Source: Octopus vulgaris (Eukaryota). Taken from it: 64,000 nt of DNA. Both the position numbers and the translations under genes were made by a program. The DNA lies in contig OX597824.1 in the NCBI GenBank assembly GCA_951406725.2, positions 82,832,001 to 82,896,000 of the forward strand, written 5' to 3'. Shown piece by piece: positions 14,385 to 27,362 of this stretch. The stretch's first letter is position 1; each line of letters starts with the position of its first letter. The notes beneath the pieces were generated by a model. That model did not search any database, was not told the DNA's origin, and saw nothing but the letters and a program-made list of their open reading frames with translations.

Positions 14385-15175
14385 AATTCTGATCTAAAGC
14401 TTGGGGTCTAAGGGCTCAGAGCATTGATTTGTCTGGTGGCGGGAGCTATATCTATAACTAATTACATTCGTTACTTAAAGACTGCAGGCTATGTGGCTTA
14501 AGAGAGATTTTAGTGGTTACATTTAGCAGGTCCTTCAAACACCTTTAAAACAAGGTGGTCTTGTAAAAGTCATGTCATTGTTTCATTATAACCGCATTGT
14601 TGTCGTGTGGCCCACTGTGACGTATATTTCTCATTCAACTAGGAACTGCTACACAGACACATGTCGCGTTATAATTATTACATGGTTCATGCTCTCACAA
14701 AAAAAACTTCGGGATTAGTAAAAAGCAGATTTTTACATGTATCATCATTGTTATTGTGTTGGTGATGGTTCATAGATTTCTATGTTGTTCGTTTTGTTAC
14801 TCTTCCTGGCAAAGGATTAAATCCAGTAATAGTCGACTGTGTGATACATCGTCGATTAAGAAGTTGGGAACGCGTTTTGCCATCCGTTTTTTGGGGTTTT
14901 TTTTCTCTCTTTAGAGAGAGAAATTTTGTTGTCATATTCACTGCGTTGTCATCAAGCAGCACTGACCATTTAGTTCAGCTTGTTTGCGTTCAAATCCCGC
15001 TGGGGTAAAGTTTGCCTTGCATTTATTTCATCCTCCTGAGGTCAGATAGAATCGAGTGTTCCGTCCCCAAATCCCTAGTTTTGTGTGTGCGTATGTGTGT
15101 GTCTCTGAGTGAGATTTTGGAACAATAGCATTCCTTAATTACGCTAACGAAGGCTTCAAGAACTTCTTCAGTCAA

Positions 15176-15248
<73 letters not shown>

Positions 15249-15929
15249 CACACACTACATATGCGCACATAACATTCGTTGTATCATTCAACGTATTTAG
15301 GGGGGTCTTTTTTTTTTTTTTTTTTTTAAATTTAAAACAGTTATACTCATTTTGTCTTTTTATTTTGTTTTTCCACGCTGAATGTAAGCCTCAACATCTC
15401 ATTTGTAAAATTAAAACCATGCAATCTTAGCAAAAAAAAAATTAAGCTTAGCCAATATTTTTCATTCATCCGACCCATATTTGATTTCTTCTTTCTTTCA
15501 ACTTCTTACTTTCAGTTTTTTTAAATCTATTTATTTATATATTTCAGTTTTTAACCTCTTAACATATTATGCCGTATATTTTCGTTCAGATATGTCTAGT
15601 AAATATATATTTGAACGAGAATATACGTTCACTATATACTTTGAGACATCTATCACTTATTTCTAACCAGAAATACTTCGTTTACGATGGCATTCCCGTT
15701 TTCTATGGTTAACCGATCCAAAATAACTTATGAACTTATTCTTCCTAATATACAGATTCAAAATAAACAATAAATAAAAGAAACATATATTTTTTGCATG
15801 GATATTGAAAAAAGATGTGTATGTTTTAAGAGGTTAAGTTTAATCAGAGATATAGGAAAAACAAGCGCGATCGAGATGGAATTAAAAGCGAACAGCGAAA
15901 GAAAGAGAAATAAAAGTTTTTCTTCCTAC

Positions 15930-17061
15930 CTGTTGAGCTGATGATTGCGCGGATGCTGGATTGGTTGTGTAAGTGACAGGCAGTTTGAATTCCAAACAAT
16001 GCGCCGGTTCTTCTAAACATGGGGTAGGTTTGTGTTCCGATAGTGCGCCGTAGTTCCGATCCCCAGCTACAAGACACCAAAATGTTCCCCGCCTGGCAAC
16101 AGTCGGGACTCATCCCGGGAGGTCCTTGGAAATGTTGCGGGAAATTGTTTCGGAAGTTGGCCATAAAATGATGGTCCATGCTCATGGGGAAACTGCTCGG
16201 ACTTCCGTAAGAAGAAGTAGAACCGTTGTTGTTGTTGTTGTTGTGGTTATTGTTGTTGTGGTGGTGATGATGATGGTGGTGGTTCATCGTGTTCAAATCG
16301 TTTGTTCTGTTTCTTCTGGCAACCGATCGAATCGGTATTGGTCGGCTGTGAGACACACCGTGTCGTTGCGAACTCGGAAATGCACTGTTCCCACTTACTC
16401 CGTCTTTGGAGAAGACATCGTCGTCGTCATCCTCATCGTCGTCGTCGGCGGCGCCTACCACTTCGTCTTCGTCGTCGACGTCATCGTTATTATCGCCGTC
16501 TTCATCGTCGTCGTCGTCCTTGTCCAAATCTCCATCGACGTCGTCGTCGTCGTCGACGTCGCCAACGACGACATCATCGTCGTCGTCGTCTTCGTCGTCG
16601 TTTTCGTCAAAGTCGTTCGAACTCCTCTCTCGCATCGAGTAATCGCTCATACTTTCTACACTACACAGACTGGTCGATATGACAGCTGGGCCACGGCGAC
16701 GACCACCGCCGCCGCCGCCGCCCACAGCACCGATAGCAGCAGTTGTATTATTTCCTATCGACAGAGCCTGGAACTGCTGTTGAAGATGATGATGGTGTTG
16801 CTCCTCCTGCTGCTGCTGTTGCTGCTGCTGTATGTGCTGCGGGAAGTAGAGAGGATGGGAGAGCTGTTGTTGTTGTTGCTGCTGCTGCTGCTGCTGCTGT
16901 TGCTGCTGGTTGTGGTAACGGTGGGGATAGTTCTGCGGACCTTCGAAGAGCTGGCGGCGGCAGACAGAGCGGCAATAGTGCTGCTGTTGGCGATATTGGT
17001 GCAAGTGGTACTGCTGCTGCTGCTGTTCTTGCTGATGTTCTTCGTCTCCCTTCTGCTGCTG

Positions 17062-17093
<32 letters not shown>

Positions 17094-17400
17094 GGTGGTG
17101 ATGGTGTTGAAGATGTTGGTCTGGTTCGAAACTGAACGTAAAACCAGGCGAAATATTAGAAGGGGAGTCGTCAGTAGCGTAGCTGCTGTCGAAAGATCCC
17201 ACCGAGGGCGTGCAAGGGGTCATACTGGACAAGTTCCGAATGGAATCGTCGTCGTCGTCGTCTTCGTCGTCGCCCCCGCCGTCTCCGAAGGGGCCAATTG
17301 TTGTGTCTTCGACGGCAACTTTTGTCTTGGGCTGGGTAGGTTTTTGGTTGGAGTTCAGTGAATCGTATAATTCTTCACTGATTGGAGCAGATTGCATCAT
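15930..17400 (-). CDS. First coding exon (490 codons + 1 nt, phase-1 donor) of an intrinsically disordered protein; candidate BIM/BMF-like BH3-only protein with an LC8-binding TQT motif; downstream exons not found in the window
   Basis: Only long GC/CpG-rich ORF with non-microsatellite peptide. It starts MMQSAPISEELY (ATG at 17400) and its informative sequence ends at a donor ACAG|GTAGGA (GT = 15929-15928), after which the ORF runs into AT-rich intron-like sequence. Motifs: DSSYAT/GFTFSF, CRRQLF, DDVF, SRPIPIR, CC, RRTIGTQT. Coding status is well supported; the family call is motif-based inference only (about 0.45). Confidence 0.8.
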
Positions 17401-17827
17401 AATTGAACCAAAAAGCAAAAAAAAAAAAAAAAAAATTTTTTTCACTGAATTCTTTAGTCCTTTTTAGTAAATATCAAGTGTTCTCAAACACACACACACA
17501 AAAAAAGGATTTATTTAAATCAAACGAAGCGAGACAAATACTGCAACAAGTTTTTTTTGTCTTTGTCTTTTCAAGATCCAAGAACCAATGTTCAATAATA
17601 ACATGAGAACTTTAATCTGATAATAATGGAATAGTGGTAAATCCTTTTTTTCTTTTCTTTTCTCTTCAATAAATTGTCAGTGAAAAAAAAAGGGGCAAAC
17701 AAAGTTATAACAAGTAAATAATAATAATAAGTATTTTTTAGTCTGTGTGCGTAATGTTGATAATGATGTAATTTCCCAACTGAATTCTTCACAATTCTTG
17801 TTTCCTATTCAGGGTCCACACTGTATT
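17401..17827 (-). other. 5' UTR portion of the coding exon, with 3' splice acceptor at 17827
   Basis: Minus strand reads ttttcttttcttttcatatttctttcag|AATACAG (long pyrimidine tract + CAG; AG = 17829-17828), 427 nt upstream of the ATG. This implies at least one non-coding exon further upstream. Confidence 0.6.
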
Positions 17828-17853
17828 CTGAAAGAAATATGAAAAGAAAAGAA

Positions 17854-18075
17854 AAATTATAGATAAGGTATATCGATAGATAGACAGACAGACAGATAGA
17901 TAAAGAAAAAGAATAAAGGGGAAAAGATGAACGGTAATAATAGATATATCGGTGACGAAAAGATGAGTAAAATTATAGACAGGTACATCGATAGACAGAC
18001 AGATAGATAGATAGATAGAGAAAGAAAAAAAATAAGGAAAAAAGGTGAGAACGGTAATAAATATATGGGTGACAG
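17854..18075. repeat. Two diverged tandem copies of an approximately 115-bp unit just upstream of the splice acceptor
   Basis: AAATTATAGA(T/C)A(A)GGTA(T/C)ATCGATAGA...GAACGGTAATAA...GGTGAC occurs twice (about 17854 and about 17970). Confidence 0.7.
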
Positions 18076-19485
18076 TTTAGGAATAAGTTTGTTGTAACTG
18101 CTTTAAAAAAAAAAGCAAAACGAAATAAAAACCCACGAAAAGGACAGAAGGAGAGACAGAACAAAATCGCAAAACAAAGCATGTAATTTGCTCATATGTA
18201 TATATGCTGCGTATATATATATATGTGTGTGTATGTGTGTATGTGAGTGTGTGTATTAATACCACAGTGTGACCAGTGACTGAAAGTTCTAAAGTTGTAT
18301 ATATAGTATATTTTCATAAACATTGGTGAGATAAGAAAATGTAAACAAATTCTACGAGAAACGATTCTTGCTCTCTCTTTTTTTTTTTTCGTATCGATAA
18401 ACAGCAAAACGTGAACAGAGAATGCGAAAGTAAACTAAAAGATTTATTTACTAAGTTTTCGATATTTTTTTTCCTCGCTCTCTCTCTCTCTCTCTTTTCG
18501 CACACTTTTTTCCAGCCATCCCAAGAAATATTAAAATTCGTCACAAAATTTAACACAAATGCGTCTACACACACATATAAACTGGATTCATTTAAAATAT
18601 ACTAAAAAAAACAATTTCTTTCTGTTCGCCGATGTACATGATTCCCCATCTATACCCACGTCTGACTCTTTCACACAGCATGTGTGTGCTAGTTACATAG
18701 TTTAAATTTTAGCTTCTAAGACAAAATGAAACGTGAAAAGGGTTTATCTAATATTACGCTTAAAAAGTCGAAATTTTAAAGTAATACAAGTAACTTTTTT
18801 CTAGCAAAAAAAGTTTCAGATAAAGAAAAATTACTTGAAAAACATGTATCTATCGCTTAGTAACAACTATATTTTTTTAATTTAAAGCAAAAACTTTTTC
18901 ACGCGAAAAAGAATTACTTTAAAACAAAACATACGTGTAGAAAATATTTAACACGGTTTAACTTAGTAAGCGATAATATTTTTTTAAGATATAGTTTACA
19001 ACAAAAACGAAAAAAAAAACTACGCGTATATGATAAAATATAATTGTATTAATTAATACATGTTGGCGATAAAAAATATCTTTAACATGAGAAAACTTTT
19101 TTCATACGAAATATACAAAAAAAAAAACATTTTTTTTTTTTCATATATAAAACCTTTTACAAAAAAAGATTTTTCTATGTACCTTTATATCCTTGAATTT
19201 CTTTGGAATATATAACCAAAACGTCACTTTTTTTTCCCCCTTAAATTAAAAGCAAGTCCGCGCAACTTTCAAGAAACTTTCCTTTTAAATCCAGTTAGAG
19301 CGTGTGCAATAAATATAAATAAATAGTTGTTCAATTGTAAATGTTGTGATTATTTTTTCCTGTTAGTCGCTATAAATATGTAAGCATATATTGTTATTTC
19401 ACTTTTTATAAATATATAAATATAATTGTAGGTTTTTCTTTTTCTTTGTGTGTTTCTTTCACTTTGTAAAGATAATATAAAAATG

Positions 19486-19519
<34 letters not shown>

Positions 19520-19604
19520 TAAATATATGCTTCTCTCGTGTGTTTTCTGATTTTTTTCTTCTTCCCTTAGAAGTTTCCCAAACAAATACCTTATCAGAAA
19601 TGAA

Positions 19605-19655
19605 GCTAGATTGGTAAGGAACGCTATAAATAACAATAAAATATTACGTCATCAG
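19605..19655. promoter_or_regulatory. Cluster of CCAAT, MEF2-like and CRE/ATF-like sites about 2.2 kb upstream of the ATG
   Basis: ATTGG (19610-19614), CTATAAATAA (19624-19633, fits YTA(W)4TAR) and TTACGTCAT (19644-19652) within 45 bp. Motif match only. Confidence 0.35.
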
Positions 19656-19924
19656 ATGTGAGTAAGAGTTATAGAGTGGCGGTGGCAGTGATGTGCTTAT
19701 TAAGATGGTGGTGGTGGTGGTGGTGGTGGTGGTGGTTGTGGTGGTGATGCTTATTGCCGCGGTACCTCTTGTGTGTGTGAGTGAGTGTGTGTGTGTGTGC
19801 GAGAGTGTGTGTGTGTGAGCGTGAGTGTGTGTGAGGGGAAGTGAGAGTGAGCGGGAATTGGCTATTTAGCGATGGTATTATTGCTTAATACAGTTGGTAT
19901 ACTTCGTATATGTGTGCGTGTATG

Positions 19925-19955
<31 letters not shown>

Positions 19956-20012
19956 ATTTGCACATATTTGTGTACCCCTCTCTGGCTGTGTGTATATGTA
20001 CGTGTGCGTGAG

Positions 20013-20055
<43 letters not shown>

Positions 20056-20624
20056 AAGTTTGTGCGTATGGTAATGTCATAGATTTGTTTACCGATGCGT
20101 AGCGTGTTTTGTATGTGTGTGTAGTTATGTATGTATGTGTGTTACATGCGCGTGCGTGCAACAGCATTTCTGCGCGACACACAGACAGACAGACAGACAG
20201 ACTGACTGAGAGATAGAAAGAGACAAAGGTAAAAAAAACACATGCGTGTGTATTATAAGTGCGTAAACATACGCACATGTGTAGCTATGTACATAAAACA
20301 TCGACGATTGACGCTCTGTATGTGTGTGTGTATGTGTGTGTGTGTGTGTGTGCAAGCATGCCTTGTGGGTGTGTCTTAAGTTAACTTCGGCGTGCGCGCG
20401 CATGCGTGTGCATACTGGTGTGCGCGCGTAAATTTTTTTTTGTTTGTGTACGTTTGTGTATATATATATATGTGTGTGTGTGCTTCGAGATGAGAATCTT
20501 CCAGATATATATGTTTATATAGACTCGCCCTACCCTTTCCCAGGACAGTGTCTTTTGATTATATCCACACACACACACACACACACACACGTGTGTGTGT
20601 GTGTGTGTGTGTGTGTACACATAC

Positions 20625-20872
20625 AAACATACACGCATACATTACATGAATATATATATAGATAGATATATATGTATACAATTATACATATACATACATA
20701 TATATGCATACATATAGTACACATACATTCATTCATACATACATACACACATACATTACATGAATATATATATATATATATATATACAACCATATATACA
20801 TATACATACTTATATATGTATACATATAATACACATACGTTCATACATACATACATACACACATACATTACA

Positions 20873-20906
<34 letters not shown>

Positions 20907-20975
20907 ACCATATATACATATACATACTTATATATGCATACATATAATACACATACGTTCATTCATACATACATA
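20625..20975. repeat. About 3 tandem copies of an approximately 120-bp microsatellite-derived unit
   Basis: CATACATTACATGAATATATAT...CAA(C/T)...ACACATAC(G/A)TTCAT recurs near 20636, 20750 and 20862. Confidence 0.7.
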
Positions 20976-21224
20976 CACACACACACAATAAACATCATAT
21001 ATACGGTAGGTTTGTGTGTGTGTGTTTATGAATAAAGAGGAAGTGAGGTTGGAGGGGAGGAATTCGTTGGAGTGAGAGTGAGAGTGAAACTTTAGACGGA
21101 AAAGCTATATGACAGGAGTAGGAGGGAGAAATAGACGGAACAGAGAAAGGAGGAGGAGGAGAGGAAAGAACTAATGAGTTTAAACAAGTCCACACGCCGA
21201 CAGTGTGCATATGTGTGTATGTTA

Positions 21225-21256
<32 letters not shown>

Positions 21257-21668
21257 GTGTTATGTGACAGATAAATTTTGATAAGACATAGAAAGAGTGT
21301 GTGTATATGTGAGTGTGTGATATATGTGTGGTGTGACTTGGGGAAATAGAGTGTCGGTGTAAGTGTGTGTGTGTGTGTATGTGTGTATGGGAGATACAGC
21401 GATAGGGGGGAAAATACAAAGATAGATAGATAGGTATATGTACATACATTGTGTTATCTGGACACTGTGTGTGTGTGCGTGTGTGTAACAATGTTTGTGT
21501 GTGTGAATAATGTTCGAAGACGTCAGCTTTCACTTTTGAGGGACGCGTGAAAAACGACTTTGTTGTTTATATACTATTATAAACATAACAATTACTTAGT
21601 TACAGGAAAATAAGTTATACACACACGCACAGACGCATAACTACATAAGCATACATACACACTACATA

Positions 21669-21836
21669 CATATATATACATTCACATATGCACACACACA
21701 CACACACACACATTGTACATATACACAGTTACATATGCACACACACATTATATATATATATAATGTGTGTGTGCATATGTAACTGTGTATATGTATAATG
21801 TGTGTGTGTGTGTGCATATGTGAATGTATATATGTA
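21669..21836. repeat. Spacer-less palindrome centred on (TA)n
   Basis: ...CATATACACAGTTACATATGCACACACACATTATATATA|TATATAATGTGTGTGTGCATATGTAACTGTGTATATG...; arms about 80 bp. Confidence 0.85.
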
Positions 21837-21966
21837 TATATATATAGTTACATATGCACACACACACATTATAAATATATACATTTACATATACACACGC
21901 TGTTGCCGATATTTAGACATGTCATTTTCAACACTCACAACCAGATGGACAGACAGACAGACAGGC

Positions 21967-22059
<93 letters not shown>

Positions 22060-22807
22060 CACGAACAGAATTCAACGAGAACTGGTAGAGACCTGTACTG
22101 AACAAAAGTGATGTTTATTGCGAAAAAAGTATAATTAGATAGGTATGTCGTTTATGGGGAGGCAAAATCCCCTTTCTTTGGCGGGTAGAGAAAAAAAAAA
22201 AAACTGCGTTCTTTATAAATAATGACAAATGCACCAAACCTTTTCGTTACCCCCATGAAGGGAGGCTTTGCCCCCAAGATGATCTCAGTTCGCTGCACAA
22301 CGGCACACCTACCTAATTGTTGCATGTGCGCTTGTGTATATTGGTATAACGCACGAATGTATTGTTTTCATGTAATCTGATGTTTGTGTAGGTGAATATG
22401 CACAGAATACATACACACACACATACACATACACACACACATACACACACACACACACATGCGTATATTACCAGCAAATTAGGTGGAGAAGAAAACGATA
22501 ATAACAACAATATTATACAAGCGTTAAGTACTAAACAATCTCCACATGGTTAGGACGCAAAGAGCGCATGCGTGTGTATACATAACACAAGTTAACGACT
22601 GGTTATATGACGTTTAATAATATACACTCGTATCCATTCATATATAAATGCACACACATATATGATATAATACAAATATATATATATATCGAGGATGATC
22701 CGGTTCTTGACTGAAGATTGAAGGGTTCGAATGTCTCGTCCGTGTTTTTTGTATCGTCTTCTAAATGTTTTGCGTTCTTGTCCCAGTTTGTATTTTTTTA
22801 CATATAC

Positions 22808-22899
<92 letters not shown>

Positions 22900-23487
22900 A
22901 TGTATGTATGTATGTATGTATGTATGTATATGTATGTATATGTATATATATCGTGTGTGGTTTTCAACATATCAACGTTGTTTAAAGTCAGTGACTAATT
23001 GGGCGGGGGCATGATTGTGTGTGACTAACAAGGTTCCTGTTTATCAACGTTGTTACGGGTTCAATCCCAGGGCGTGGCAAAGTGGACAAATGTTTTCTGC
23101 CATGTTTTTTTTTTTTTTTTGCGCTAACCAAAATTATGCGAATAAGAATTTGGTTAGCGGAAACTATACGGAAGTTATGGGAAGGGAGAGCCTTAAACTC
23201 TTGATAAGAATCAACAAAGTTACCGTTGTACCCTGGGCCCTCGCCCCTGAAGGGATCATAAGGTCACCGTCGTGTCCTAGACCTTAAAGTTCTGATGGAG
23301 TGAGAGAGAGGGTTACGAATGCTAAACTGGGCTTTAAAAACATCTGATATGTCACAGAGCCACCGTCGCACCTTCTTGGGTCTTCAGCCTCCTCCCGAGG
23401 GAGTCTGATGGCCAGTATTGGGTAGGCGAGATGCATCCCGAATTTTATGAGTTGAAAAGGTTTAAGCTTCCCATTTGCAATGTACTC

Positions 23488-23527
<40 letters not shown>

Positions 23528-23751
23528 ACCCCTTTTACTTTTATCTGGCAAGGCCCTATTTGCAGTTGAAGTGGGGATTGTGATAACCTCACACCCAAAA
23601 ACTCAGTCTTCGGTAAGTAATAGAAGCTACGTTTATTTCTGTTAGGCAGTTTGTGTACAATAGCGTCGTCGCCAGTCATAAATGCAAGAGGAAATTTTCG
23701 TTCCAAGCATTTATAGATAGATAAGACAGATAGAACGACAGACAGACAGAC

Positions 23752-23848
<97 letters not shown>

Positions 23849-24258
23849 TGTATGTATGTAAATAATACTTTCGCCGATTTGCACTCGTATGTGCACCCAA
23901 ATATATGAACGTATGTTTGTATGTATGTATGTTAAAAAAAAATCAAATGTGAGCGATTCGCTACGAGGAGTGTCACAGTTTGTTTTTGTTTTTGTTTTTT
24001 TTCTGTTTTTTGTTTGTTTTCTCTTTTTCTTCTCTTTTTTTTACACAAACTTCGGGTAAAGAGATCAGGTGACAACTGAATCGCCAATTGAATGGCTCTG
24101 TTTGTATGACGAGGCTGAAAGCAATTTGGCGGGAAATCAGTTTACTCTACGTAATGACGTCGTTTGACAACAACGCGGAAATAGACAGAATGATTGCAAA
24201 AAAATGTTACACACACACACACACACACATAATTAATGTATATATAATATGCGTGTGT

Positions 24259-24422
24259 GGAGGTGCAATGGCCCAGTGGTTAGGGCAGCGGACTCGCGGT
24301 CATAGGATCGCGGTTTCGATTCCCAGACCGGGCGTTGTGAGTGTTTATTGAGCGAAAAACACCTAAAAGCTCCACGGGGCTCCGGCAGGGGATGGTGGTG
24401 ATCCCTGCTGTACTCTTTCACC
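24259..24422 (+). mobile_element. tRNA-derived SINE, family C, 3'-truncated
   Basis: GGAGGTGCAATGGCCCAGTGGTTAGGGCAGCGGACTCGCGG...GGTTTCGATTCCC (A box TGGCCCAGTGG, B box); near-identical to 34565-34725. Confidence 0.85.
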
Positions 24423-24669
24423 TGGTGGAGGCGCACACCCGCTAACCACTAAACCACGCACCTTCACGCACACGCGCGCGCAAACATATGCACACACACA
24501 CACACACACGCACACACACACACACTCACACGAAAAGCCTGTTTTAATCCGGCATTGAAAGCAGACAGACATACAGACAGACAGGCAAGCAGACAGACAG
24601 ATATATATAGTTAGACATGGATAGATAGATAAATTGACAGAGACAGACAGACAGACAGACAGACAGACG

Positions 24670-24852
<183 letters not shown>

Positions 24853-24908
24853 CGACAGACAGACAGACAGACAGACAGACAGATAGATAGATAGATAGAT
24901 AGATAGAT

Positions 24909-25010
<102 letters not shown>

Positions 25011-25011
25011 C

Positions 25012-25057
<46 letters not shown>

Positions 25058-25078
25058 TAGATAGATAGATAGATAGAC

Positions 25079-25127
<49 letters not shown>

Positions 25128-25419
25128 CCGAAGTAGGGCGTTAGGATATATATTATACGTAAAGATCGAGTATCAATAAATATAAGGAAAACCCAGCGAC
25201 TGCGAACAGCTGTTTTCATTGGTATTATGTTTAGATAAGTCACAACTTCATACACACGTGCGCGCGCGCGCAGAGCTATGTCAAACACTGTGATTTATGT
25301 AAGTCGACTTTTATTTATTGTTCAGCTTTTATTTTGCAGCGGCCATGCTGGAGCACCGCACCGCCTTGATGGGTTTTAGTCGAACAAAATCGACCACAAT
25401 TTTTTAATTATTTCATTAC

Positions 25420-25635
25420 TTTTACTCTCTTTACTCTTTTACTTGTTTCAGTCATTTGACTGCGGCCATGCTGGAGCACCGCCTTTAGTCGAGCAAATCG
25501 ACCCCGGGACTTATTCTTTGTAAGCCCAGTACTTATTCTATCGGTCTCTTTTTGCCGAACCGCTAAGTTACGGGGACGTAAACACACCAGCATCGGTTGT
25601 CAAGCAATGCTAGGGGGACAAACACAGACACACAA

Positions 25636-25692
<57 letters not shown>

Positions 25693-25858
25693 TACGACAG
25701 GCTTCTTTCAGTTTCCGTCTACCAAATCCACTCACAAGGCATTGGTCGGCCCGGGGCTATAGCAGAAGACACTTGTCCAAGATGCCACGCAGTGGGACTG
25801 AACCCGGAACCATGTGGTTGGTTAGCAAGCTACTTACCACACAGCCACTCCTGCGCCT
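25420..25858 (-). mobile_element. Full-length tRNA-derived SINE, family A
   Basis: Sense head AGGCGCAGGAGTGGCTGTGTGGTAAG...GGTTCAGTCCC (A/B boxes), internal (TA/TG) microsatellite, tail GGCGGTGCTCCAGCATGGCCGCAGTCAAATGACTGAAACAAGTAAAAGAG; several near-identical copies in the window. Confidence 0.9.
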
Positions 25859-27312
25859 ATCATTAGCCTCGGAAGAATGAAGAACTAAAACAATCCGGGT
25901 GAGATTTAAGCTTAAGTAGGTGTTGTTGCAACTAAAACCATAGCACTTCACCCCTTTCAGTTAGAAAATCGTCCATTATCGACCCCCTAAAGAATGAAAA
26001 GCAAAATCGACCTCGGCAGAATTTGCATCGAAATTTGCATCGAAATTATGAAAAGCAAAGTTGATCCCGGCGGGATTTGAACTCAGAAGGTAATTTGTTG
26101 CGTAAATTTAAAAAACAGTAAAGTATTTTGTTCGACGCTCTAGCGATTCAGCCAAGCGAAGGGGCCACCCCATACCAACTCTCGGTAACTGATTAGTAAC
26201 TTTGATTATGGGAGGATAATAAGGCATAGTCGATATCCAAGAGGATTTGAACTCGGGGACCTAAAGGGCCGTATCCCGTAGCTCTACGTATTCTGCCAAT
26301 ACACCGCAGTGATGATGGCCATGATGATGATGATTTCATTTTCCACCCGGAGCGACGGATGAGGAGGGGATGGGTGATGCAAAGACAAGAAATAAAGTAA
26401 GGATTTTCATAGAATGGTATGATTTAGGAGAATAGATGTATGTGGTACAACAGTATGCGTATGTGGAAGAAGAAGAAGAAGAAGAAGAAGAAGAAGAAGA
26501 AGAAGAAGAGAAGAAGAAGAAGAAGAAGAAGAAGAAGAAGAAGAAGAAGAAGAAGAAGAAGAAGAAGAAGAAGAAGAAGAAGAAGAGTAGTAGGTAGTTT
26601 TAACGTAAAGTAGACATAAGGCCAGAAAGGGATTAATTGATTAAATGGGTCCAGTACCTGAGTACTTGACTGGTACTTTAATTTATTGACGAAAAAGAAC
26701 AAAAACAAAAAAAAAAAACAAAAGGATGAACAAAAAGCTTGACATCGGAGGAATTTGAACGCAGAACGTTCCGAGTCGAAACAAATACTTCAAGGCATTT
26801 GTCCGACACTCTAACAAGCTCTGATATATATTTTTTCCCCTTTTAGAAAGGGTTATAACGAACCAAGGATATTACTTGTACCAAAGCTTACATCTACGAA
26901 ATAACGATCATCGAACGCAGGGTGATGGTACTAAATACGACAGATTTATACCTAAGATAGTGTATCTTTACCTGTTATGAGCAACAACGGTGATATGCCT
27001 ACAAATAGGGCCTGTAGGAGAAGATTGGGGCTGATACATCGTTCTAGAAACCGGTCAGGTGAAAAAGGGACAGACAGATGTCTAGTTTCCGGGTCCGTCC
27101 CCCACCAAAAAAAAAAGAGAAAACATCATAGCTCTCGTGTATTTTGGTACACACTCACACACGCATTCCTCGGGTCTTAAAGCAGTTTTGCTACAACTTG
27201 CTGAATTTCTCTCGAAGACTTTGCCCAGCCTCATCATCACCACCACCACCACCACAGCCGCCACCATCACCACGACAACACCCGTACAGAGATATCAGTT
27301 ATACGTACAATC

Positions 27313-27362
<50 letters not shown>

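Noticed and set aside
16126-17361. 411-aa plus-strand ORF rich in V/L
   Set aside because: Antisense shadow of the GAC/CAG/CAC codon runs of the real exon; no independent signals.
15844-17445. ORF-track 533-aa product taken as a complete single-exon gene
   Set aside because: The extension upstream of ATG 17400 is a poly-T run with a non-ATG start, and the last 29 or so codons lie past a good splice donor.
23190-23490. GC-richer island, possible exon or TE fragment
   Set aside because: No convincing frame, splice pair or family motif could be assigned by eye.
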